Of a stretch of 24,000 nucleotides of DNA, positions 17,852 through 24,000 are shown piece after piece. The notes beneath the pieces are model-generated. The model saw nothing but the letters and a program-made list of their open reading frames with translations, was not told the origin of the DNA and made no database searches. A program made the translations under genes and the position numbers. Source of the DNA: Candidatus Bathyarchaeota archaeon (lineage in GTDB: Archaea > Thermoproteota > Bathyarchaeia > Bathyarchaeales > UBA233). How positions within the stretch are numbered: position 1 is the stretch's first letter; the number at the start of each line of letters is the position of its first letter. The stretch is from assembly GCA_003661945.1 (NCBI GenBank), contig QMXC01000001.1, positions 1,881-25,880 on the forward strand, given 5' to 3'.

Positions 17852-18664
17852 ATGGTTAAATGCCAGAAATGTAACAAAGAAGTGCTTCTCCCGTTCAAAT
17901 GTCCCTACTGTGGAGGCTACTTCTGCAGTGAACACCGCCTACCGGAAAACCATGATTGTCCCGAAGCTTGGCGAGCCCGCGCCCCAACCCCGCCCTTAGC
18001 GCCAGTAGTCGCGAAACAGAAAAGCCCGTACGAGTATGAAGTAACCTTTACGCCCGAGCCGTATCGGAAAACCCGTTCGCGGAAAATATGGTTCAGCACA
18101 AAGGAACTTCAACATTTAACGATAAGCGCTTTGCTCGTTGTAGCAATAGGATTCTCGTTTATGGGAGCCATAGGTATCCGGGGAGTATATCTAGCCGCGC
18201 TTGTAAGCATTTTCACCCTCTCGTTTTTGGCGCACGAGATGGCGCACAAGTTCGCAGCGCAAAGCTACGGGTTATGGGCGGAATTTCGAATAATCCTAAT
18301 AGGCGCACTTTTAACGCTGATTTCCGTTTTCCTACCCGCACCGTTCAAAATAATTTCCCCAGGCGCGGTTATGATTGCAGGCTTTGTCGAAAAGGACGTT
18401 TACGGCAAAATAGCCGTTGCGGGTCCAAGCACAAACATTATCTTTTCCGCGGTTCTACTCGGCATGGCACATCTACCTTTGGGAAACGCTTTTCGCTTGG
18501 TGTTAGCTGTTAGCGCCTTTATAAACGCGTGGATGGGCTTGTTCAACCTCATTCCACTAGGGCTCCTAGACGGGGCTAAAGTGTTTTTCTGGAACAAGAA
18601 AGTGTGGCTTTTAACCTTCATCGCTTCAGCAGTTTTAATGGGTTATTCGCTTTCCTTCTTTTAA
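17852..18664 (+). CDS. AN1-type zinc finger fused to M50/site-2-protease-like intramembrane metalloprotease
   Basis: 270 aa. Residues 4-36 fit C-X2-C-X9-C-X2-C-X4-C-X2-H-X5-H-X-C (17861-17959). The hydrophobic body carries HEMAH (18233-18247) and NLIPLGLLDG (18545-18574). A TATA-like cataaatattta lies at 17803-17814. Confidence 0.85.
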   Translation: MVKCQKCNKEVLLPFKCPYCGGYFCSEHRLPENHDCPEAWRARAPTPPLAPVVAKQKSPYEYEVTFTPEPYRKTRSRKIWFSTKELQHLTISALLVVAIGFSFMGAIGIRGVYLAALVSIFTLSFLAHEMAHKFAAQSYGLWAEFRIILIGALLTLISVFLPAPFKIISPGAVMIAGFVEKDVYGKIAVAGPSTNIIFSAVLLGMAHLPLGNAFRLVLAVSAFINAWMGLFNLIPLGLLDGAKVFFWNKKVWLLTFIASAVLMGYSLSFF

Positions 18665-18676
18665 GCCGAACTAGAA

Positions 18677-18985
18677 CTAGATTAATTCAATGCTTACATG
18701 AACTTCCTCGGGAACCCGTATTCGCATTATCCTCCGCATTACCCGTTCTTCAGCGTCTATGTCGATGAGCCGTTTATGAATGCGGAGCTCCCATCTGTCC
18801 CAAGTAGCTGTTCCTTCGCCGCAAGGAGTTTTCAAAACCGGAACACGGAGCCGCTTCGTCGGCAAAGGAATGGGACCGACCATTTTCACACCCGTCTTCT
18901 GGGCGATGGCTTTAAGCTCTTCGCAGATTTCCTCGAGCTTTTTATAGTCTGTGCTGGTTAAACGTATCCGCGCTTTCCTAACCAT
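18677..18985 (-). CDS. rps10: 30S ribosomal protein S10 (uS10)
   Basis: 102 aa. [17 protein letters not shown]...GPIPLPTK...RIHKRLIDI is the canonical uS10 pattern. Confidence 0.95.
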   Translation of the reverse strand: MVRKARIRLTSTDYKKLEEICEELKAIAQKTGVKMVGPIPLPTKRLRVPVLKTPCGEGTATWDRWELRIHKRLIDIDAEERVMRRIMRIRVPEEVHVSIELI

Positions 18986-19108
18986 CGCCCTTCACCATCA
19001 TACGAAACCCTTGCTCCCTATCTAAAGGGTTTAAGTATTTCTACTACACAACTAGGCATAATAAAAAGTTATCGAAGCCCTTCAGGAAGGAAAAGGAGAA
19101 AAGCAAAC

Positions 19109-19777
19109 TTGAAAAGGAAAATCAAAGCGCTTCTCATAGATTTAGACGGCACACTTGTAGATTCAAGAGAAGCCTACATGGAAGCCTTTAAGGCTGCGAT
19201 GAAAGCGATAGGAAAAACAACGTTTAACCACGAAGCAGTTTTCGAAGTTCCAAAACGCCTAGAACAAGGGCTTCCAATAGAAGATTTGATAGGCAACAAA
19301 GCTTTAACTGAAAAGTTCCTTGAAAAATACCTTTCTACATACTACGAGGCCACACTACACAAGGCAAAGCCCTTCCCAAACGTTTCTCAAACACTAGAAA
19401 AACTATCAGAAAAGCTTTCATTAGCCTTGATTACCATGCGATTCATTCCAAAAGAAAAACTGGAAAAAGAGCTGAAGAAACTTGGCTTTCACAAATATTT
19501 CTGCGCCACGCTCACAGCCCTAGACGTAAAGACGCCTAAACCATCACCGGAGGCTATACTTAAATGTCTAAAAAGCTTGAATGTACACGTCAGTGAATGC
19601 GCTGTGGTGGGAGATTCCATCGTAGACATACGGTCTGGAAAGCTTGCAGGAGCTAAGACAGTAGCTGTCTTGTCGGGGCTTTTCCGAGAAGAAGAACTGA
19701 GAAAGGAGAAACCCGACGTGATAATTCGGAATTTTAATGAGATTTTAACCGTTCCTTTGTTGAGAGACGTGTTTTGA
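19109..19777 (+). CDS. HAD-IA family hydrolase (phosphoglycolate phosphatase-like)
   Basis: 222 aa. HAD motif I is LIDLDGTLVDS, with KPSPE and GDSIVD for motifs III/IV. The TTG start at 19109 is forced, since no in-frame ATG or GTG precedes motif I. An AAGGAG SD lies at 19093-19098. Confidence 0.85.
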   Translation: MKRKIKALLIDLDGTLVDSREAYMEAFKAAMKAIGKTTFNHEAVFEVPKRLEQGLPIEDLIGNKALTEKFLEKYLSTYYEATLHKAKPFPNVSQTLEKLSEKLSLALITMRFIPKEKLEKELKKLGFHKYFCATLTALDVKTPKPSPEAILKCLKSLNVHVSECAVVGDSIVDIRSGKLAGAKTVAVLSGLFREEELRKEKPDVIIRNFNEILTVPLLRDVF

Positions 19778-19805
19778 GCTATGTCTCTTTAGGGAATATG
19801 CCGAA

Positions 19806-19814
19806 TTTTTATTT
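19806..19814 (+). terminator. oligo-T tract (tttttattt) downstream of the HAD hydrolase gene
   Basis: Archaeal intrinsic termination typically uses T-runs, and this one lies about 30 nt after the stop at 19777. It could alternatively be part of the A/T-rich promoter region of the next gene. Confidence 0.3.
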
Positions 19815-19874
19815 AAAAAAGTTATAGAACCGTTCATAAATAAAGCTTAATTAACGCGTCTACATCATACTCTA

Positions 19875-20522
19875 ATGGAGAAGGCTTCACTAATGAACTT
19901 CATAGAGCTCCTGTTATATGAATCGTTGAAGAATCATAATTCAATGCTTGACTTGTACGGCTCGGACAGACGCGTCCTCCAAATAGCCTCGCAAGACTTG
20001 ATGAACTTTCTCAAAGTTCATTGGAATCTCGTGGGTAAAGAAGCAAACGAATGCGAACTTGCTGAAAAACTCCAGAAGTTCTTCGATGAAAATCCAGATG
20101 AACTTGAAGAGTTTCTGCATATGTGGACGGGTATATGGCTCAAAAAATGGAAGGAACGGGTTAGACTTTTGATAGGAAAGCAGAATTCGGACCGGTGGAG
20201 GAAAACCACGAAGCTTCTGAACGATGCTGAACCAATGTGGCGAAAGCTACCTAACAAGCGGGAGCTCCGAGAAGTTGTCACCGCTACATTAATCAAAAAC
20301 GGGGAAATCTGCGGCACTTCCATCATAGCCGAAAACGTGTTGAAGCTCGAGCTGGGCAACGTCAAAAAGAAAAGCCGTGCTAGTGAAAGAGAAATCTTAC
20401 TGAATGCCTTAAACAGAACATTAAAGAAGGCTAGAGAGCTCGCGAGAAGTAAAGGACCATTGATCTTCGTAAAGGTGGATGAAACATACTTTAACCTTTC
20501 AAACTCTTCTAGTTCTAGCTGA
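19875..20522 (+). CDS. hypothetical protein, 215 aa, no recognisable family
   Basis: Clean ORF with an ATG about 35 nt downstream of the TATA-like cataaataaag (19835-19845), which is leaderless geometry. The protein is Trp/Lys-rich and helical, with a Ser-rich tail (SNSSSSS). It is visibly more A/T-rich than its neighbours. Confidence 0.55.
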   Translation: MEKASLMNFIELLLYESLKNHNSMLDLYGSDRRVLQIASQDLMNFLKVHWNLVGKEANECELAEKLQKFFDENPDELEEFLHMWTGIWLKKWKERVRLLIGKQNSDRWRKTTKLLNDAEPMWRKLPNKRELREVVTATLIKNGEICGTSIIAENVLKLELGNVKKKSRASEREILLNALNRTLKKARELARSKGPLIFVKVDETYFNLSNSSSSS

Positions 20523-20527
20523 ACTGG

Positions 20528-20716
20528 TCATCGAAGTCTCCTTCTGTTTACGTCTTTGGTTTTCCACGAGTAATTTTTGATTCTCGGGCTTTCACCATAT
20601 CCGCAAGCGGCGCATCTTTTCTTCGAAACATGGTAGGCGCGTCTTCCACAACGTCTACATTTTATGTGAAGCGTTTTTCGGGAACGTTTGCCCATCGATG
20701 GTGTGCCTTTTCCCAA
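20528..20716 (-). CDS. rpl37e: 50S ribosomal protein L37e (eL37)
   Basis: 62 aa. It has [11 protein letters not shown]..., followed by the zinc ribbon [21 protein letters not shown]. The conserved GKGTPS lies upstream of the first ATG, so the TTG at 20716 is the start. An AGGTGAT SD (20728..20722) overlaps the Sm stop codon. Confidence 0.93.
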   Translation of the reverse strand: MGKGTPSMGKRSRKTLHIKCRRCGRRAYHVSKKRCAACGYGESPRIKNYSWKTKDVNRRRLR

Positions 20717-20722
20717 TCGTTA

Positions 20723-20950
20723 TCACCTTGGCGGAGGCGAAATCAACATCACGTTGTCGCCTCTAACAATTATTGTTCCAAGTTTTTTCACGTTTTCCAC
20801 ATTGCTCGTATCTTCCGTATCTTCCAAAACAAGGTTGAGGTGCTGGTCAAACCCTTTCAGTTTCCCTCGAAGACTTCTGCCGCCTTTAAGCTTCACAATC
20901 ACCGTTTTCCCAAGGCTTTCCTCAAGTATTTGAGTAGTCATTTCACTCAT
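20723..20950 (-). CDS. Sm-like archaeal protein (SmAP/LSm)
   Basis: 75 aa. Sm1/Sm2 motifs are present (VIVKLKGGRSLRGKLKGFDQHLNLVLED ... IIVRGDNVMLISP). It sits 6 nt upstream of rpl37e, the classical archaeal Sm-L37e operon. Confidence 0.93.
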   Translation of the reverse strand: MSEMTTQILEESLGKTVIVKLKGGRSLRGKLKGFDQHLNLVLEDTEDTSNVENVKKLGTIIVRGDNVMLISPPPR

Positions 20951-21003
20951 ACGGTTTCACTATCCTCGAAGCGCTTCTCTTCCTTAATACTTATGGAGAA
21001 GAA

Positions 21004-21011
21004 TTTAAATC
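21004..21011. promoter_or_regulatory. palindromic TATA-like element ATTTAAAT in the divergent Sm-L37e / PUA intergenic region
   Basis: This is the only strong A/T box in the 76-nt spacer, and it is self-complementary. It lies about 25-30 nt from ATG 21036 and about 55 nt from the Sm ATG at 20950. Confidence 0.4.
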
Positions 21012-21026
21012 TATCTAACATGGAAT

Positions 21027-21545
21027 ATGAAGTTTATGACTAGAAAATCGTTAAGAAGACATTTTTTGAAGGATAAAGAAGTGAAAAAGCTGGTTCAAGA
21101 GTTCTCGAGACGATTCAACCTACAGCTGACGGAGATTTTGGAAAAAGATAGCATCGAAGTTGAAGTTGCCGAGGTCGGGGCGGATGTAAGGGTTTTCCTT
21201 ATTTCTGGTAGGCCGTTGCTTGTTAGCCTTGAGGAAAGGCTTGTTCCTTCTTTGGTTTTTGAAGAGCTGTTTCGTTTCCTCCCCCGGGTCGTTGTAGATT
21301 CAGGCGCGGTTCCGTACGTGTGCAACGGCGCCGACGTTATGGCTCCCGGAATAGTTCGCGTTGAAGGAAACTTCCACAAAGGCGACATAGTTGTGGTGGT
21401 CGACGAACGCCACGCGAAACCGCTTGTTATAGGAGAAGCCTTACACAGCTCGGAAGAACTAAGAAAAATGAAAACGGGAAAAGCCGTGAAAAATGTTCAT
21501 TACGTCGGCGACAAGCTGTGGAAGTTTATCAAGGAGATTTCGTGA
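21027..21545 (+). CDS. PUA-domain RNA-binding protein, MCT-1/Tma20-like (pre-PUA + PUA)
   Basis: 172 aa. VVVDSGAVPYVCNGADVMAPGI and KNVHYVGDKLW parallel eukaryotic MCT-1 (GANIMCPG, NIHYLNDGLW). The in-frame ATG at 21036 is an alternative, possibly leaderless, start. Confidence 0.82.
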   Translation: MKFMTRKSLRRHFLKDKEVKKLVQEFSRRFNLQLTEILEKDSIEVEVAEVGADVRVFLISGRPLLVSLEERLVPSLVFEELFRFLPRVVVDSGAVPYVCNGADVMAPGIVRVEGNFHKGDIVVVVDERHAKPLVIGEALHSSEELRKMKTGKAVKNVHYVGDKLWKFIKEIS

Positions 21546-21611
21546 GATGGAGTCGAAATATGGATTTTCGGTTCACAAATGATTTTAAATATCAAGTTTT
21601 AATCTAGAGCT

Positions 21612-21629
21612 GCCTTTCGGAAGAAAGGC
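21612..21629 (+). other. 7-bp perfect hairpin with GGAA (GNRA-type) loop between the PUA gene and sepF
   Basis: gcctttc-ggaa-gaaaggc. It lies 66 nt after the PUA stop and 58 nt before the sepF TTG. Confidence 0.35.
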
Positions 21630-21686
21630 GTTAAGGAAACGTTTAAACTTAAAAGAAGCTAAAATAGAATATGCGAGGAATAACGT

Positions 21687-22094
21687 TTGTCAAGCTTTAG
21701 TAAAGCTTTGGGAAAAATTTTCGGAAAGCACAAGAAAGACAAGGAAGAGAAAGAAAAGGAGACGGAAACCATTGAAGTTGTGGCGCATCATCCAGACGTA
21801 GAATCAGGCAAGGTGTATTTGAAGGCTTTACCGCTGCGAGAGCTCGCTGACCTTGACAAGATTAAGGACGAGGTGAAAGCGGGAAACATTGTTATTATCC
21901 GTGTTAATTCCCTTGCCAGGAAAAGCATTGAAGATGTTAAAAGGGCGGTTAATGAGCTCTGCGAGTTCGCTGATTCCATAGGCGGGGACATTGCAAGGCT
22001 AGGTGAAGAACGAGTTGTTTTGACTCCTCCTTCGGTGCGTATTTGGCGTCAGAAGCCTCCGATGCCTACGGAGCAAGCGTCTACTGCAGCCTAA
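21687..22094 (+). CDS. sepF: cell division protein SepF (DUF552) archaeal homologue
   Basis: 135 aa. The core VYLKALPLRELADLDKIKDEVKAGNIVIIRVNSL...ELCEFADSIGGDIARLGEERVVLTP matches the SepF fold pattern. It has a TTG start with a GAGGA SD at 21675-21679, and an N-terminal amphipathic MSSFSKALGKIFGK. Confidence 0.8.
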   Translation: MSSFSKALGKIFGKHKKDKEEKEKETETIEVVAHHPDVESGKVYLKALPLRELADLDKIKDEVKAGNIVIIRVNSLARKSIEDVKRAVNELCEFADSIGGDIARLGEERVVLTPPSVRIWRQKPPMPTEQASTAA

Positions 22095-24000
22095 TCGTTT
22101 CCAGAATATTTGGGGCTACGGTTTGGAACTTATATTTCTTGCTCATAAAGTTGGCTATGTTTAAGCATTTGGCTCTTTCTCCGTGACAAGTGATTATTCT
22201 TTCAGGTCTAGGGGATATTCGTGTCAGGTAGTTTATGATTTGCTTTCGGTCGGAATGTCCGGAGAAGCCTTCTATGGATTCGACGCGGAGTTTAACTTTG
22301 ACTATTTCTATTTTTCCTTCGCTGTTTATCGTTGATACTTCTTCTAGTCCCCTCTGGATTCTTCTGCCTAGTGTTCCTTCGATTTGGTAGCTTACGAAGA
22401 TTAGGGTGTTCTTTTTATCGGAGGCGAGCCTTTTGAAGTATTCGATTACGGGTCCGCCTTCGAGCATTCCCGAAGTGGCGAGGATTATGCAGGGTTCGCC
22501 TTCAACGATTTCTTCTCTCACGCTTGGATGTTCAACTATGGTGAAGTATTCGGATTGGAAGGGGTTTACGCCTCCGTGAAGTATGCTTCGTCTGACTTCG
22601 CGGGCTAGGTATTCGGGATAAGCCGTGTGAATAGCCGTTGCTTCCGAAATCATACCTTCGATGTAGACCGGAGCCTCCTTCATCATTCCCCGACGCATAT
22701 TTCCGTCTATTATGAGCATTATTTCTTGAGCCCTTCCTACCGCTGGAACCGGAATGAGAACCTTTCCACCATTTTCTAGTGTTTCGTTTATTACGCGGGT
22801 GAGGGTTTCCTCGGCTTCTATTCTGGAGGGCATAACGTCGCCGGGACCGCCATACGTGGTTTCCGTTATAACCGTTTCCGCCCTCGGAAACTCCGTTGTA
22901 GCTGCTTCGAGAAGCGTTGTTTTCGCGTATTTGTAGTCTCCTGTATAGACGATGTTGTGTAGTCCTTCGCCTATGTGAAGGTGGATTATGGATGACCCTA
23001 GAATGTGGCCAGCGTTATGAAGCGTTAAACGGATATCCGGAGCAATATCAGTTACCATTCCGTATCGCAGCGGAATCGTGTGCAAAACGCATTCCCTAAC
23101 GTCTTTCTGGTCGTAAGGCGCAATTGCACCTTGTTTGCTTACCACATCTAGATAATCCAACTGCAAGAGCGTCATGAGGTTTGACGTGGGAGCTGAACAG
23201 TAAACGGGTCCGTCGTATCCGTACTTGTAAAGGTATGGAACAAGCCCGCAGTGGTCCAGATGCGAATGGCTTATTATCACGGCATCTAAAGACTCGATGT
23301 CAAATTCTGGAACGTCTAGCCTTGGAAACATATCAATAGGGTTGACGGCGCCCGGATTTATGCCACAGTCAAGCAACACCTTGCTTTCTCTCGTTTGAAC
23401 TAGAAATGCGGAGCGCCCCACCTCGAGGGCTCCACCTAACGCGGTGATTCGTACGTCTCCGACTTCCATCATTAGAGGCCGGAATATTCTTTCGCCTATG
23501 GTTCTTAGGATTCTTTCCCTTTCTTTGCTTTCCGAGTGCATGAAATGTCTCATGTGCCTAATGATTTTGGACGGTATCGGTGGGGTTCGAAGCACCCGGG
23601 GTCTCCAGCGTGTGCGTTTTATGATTTCCTGCAGAACGGAGCCGTTTTTTCCTATTACAAGCCCGGGTTTTTTGGCTTCTATTATGACTTCGCCGAGGCT
23701 GGGGTCGAAGGTTATGCTGGAAATTTCGGCTTCTTCTGATATTGTTTCACGGATTATTTTTTCCGTTTCTTTTTCTGGAAGTCTGACCGAGGGGTCTGAG
23801 CGGACTACTATGCGTTTCCTTATGAGGTTGACTATGTCGGCGATTATGTTACTTTGCTCTATGAGGATTTCCGGTTTTTTCGTGTATAACGCAAGTCGAG
23901 GTCCTTCATATTCAACTCTAGTAACTTGCGCCTCTCGAGGCATGTGATCTAACACGTATTGGCTTATGTCCACCTTGGTTCTGTCACTGGAGGAGTTCAA
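22081..24000 (-). CDS. aCPSF1/FttA, KH-domain beta-CASP metallo-beta-lactamase ribonuclease (archaeal transcription termination factor); 5' end probably runs off the window
   Basis: At least 639 aa. It has N-terminal KH-like repeats (VTRVEYEGPRLALYTKKPE, GLVIGKNGS), the MBL motif HSHLDHCG and beta-CASP motifs. The ORF is still open at base 24000, and the M in the track is a TTG at the window edge. Confidence 0.9.
   Translation of the reverse strand: MNSSSDRTKVDISQYVLDHMPREAQVTRVEYEGPRLALYTKKPEILIEQSNIIADIVNLIRKRIVVRSDPSVRLPEKETEKIIRETISEEAEISSITFDPSLGEVIIEAKKPGLVIGKNGSVLQEIIKRTRWRPRVLRTPPIPSKIIRHMRHFMHSESKERERILRTIGERIFRPLMMEVGDVRITALGGALEVGRSAFLVQTRESKVLLDCGINPGAVNPIDMFPRLDVPEFDIESLDAVIISHSHLDHCGLVPYLYKYGYDGPVYCSAPTSNLMTLLQLDYLDVVSKQGAIAPYDQKDVRECVLHTIPLRYGMVTDIAPDIRLTLHNAGHILGSSIIHLHIGEGLHNIVYTGDYKYAKTTLLEAATTEFPRAETVITETTYGGPGDVMPSRIEAEETLTRVINETLENGGKVLIPVPAVGRAQEIMLIIDGNMRRGMMKEAPVYIEGMISEATAIHTAYPEYLAREVRRSILHGGVNPFQSEYFTIVEHPSVREEIVEGEPCIILATSGMLEGGPVIEYFKRLASDKKNTLIFVSYQIEGTLGRRIQRGLEEVSTINSEGKIEIVKVKLRVESIEGFSGHSDRKQIINYLTRISPRPERIITCHGERAKCLNIANFMSKKYKFQTVAPNILETIRLQ

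Noticed and set aside
17602-17935. ORFs of 63 aa (plus strand, TTG start) and 79 aa (minus strand) in or overlapping the long spacer.
   Set aside because: Neither has an SD or TATA element in a suitable position. Their composition is odd (rich in Phe, Arg and Ser). The minus-strand ORF overlaps the well-supported AN1-protease start, and no motif is recognisable.
1-24000. A search for CRISPR arrays, long direct or inverted repeats, integrase or transposase genes, rRNA or tRNA genes, and interrupted or frameshifted genes.
   Set aside because: I saw none by eye. All conserved genes are intact single ORFs, and only short (7-12 nt) repeats were found. A computational repeat and ncRNA scan would be needed to be definitive.

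Overview
This is a densely coding archaeal chromosomal segment with 23 supported CDS on both strands. Intergenic spacers are short, carry A/T-rich TATA-like boxes, and several have GGTG/GGAG Shine-Dalgarno-like motifs. Archaeal origin is supported by GatD/GatE, ribosomal proteins eL37 and uS10, an Sm-like protein in an operon with eL37, archaeal Elp3, SepF, an MCT-1/Tma20-like PUA protein and the KH/beta-CASP nuclease aCPSF1 (FttA). SepF implies FtsZ-based division, but I cannot place the lineage more precisely from sequence alone. The left part (about 1.3-5.6 kb) is an acyl-CoA/organic-acid cluster: methylmalonyl-CoA epimerase, a two-subunit family-I CoA-transferase, an IPMS/homocitrate-synthase-like enzyme and an acetate-channel-family protein. 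The middle holds two divergently transcribed ion pumps (a SERCA-like P-type ATPase and a membrane pyrophosphatase with the K+-independent signature) and a tRNA-function run (small membrane protein, Elp3, gatD, gatE). The right third is information-processing genes. I found no rRNA or tRNA genes, CRISPR arrays, transposases or integrases, long repeats or recognisable defence genes. The window looks like core genome rather than an accessory island, and I do not see a compelling multi-gene novel system. The most unusual items are: an AN1 zinc finger fused to a site-2-protease-like intramembrane metalloprotease; an unrecognisable 215-aa orphan gene, richer in A/T by eye, wedged between housekeeping genes; a DUF116-like Cys-rich protein paired with a small orphan; an unexplained non-coding spacer of about 200 nt; and TTG initiation codons forced by conservation at four genes.
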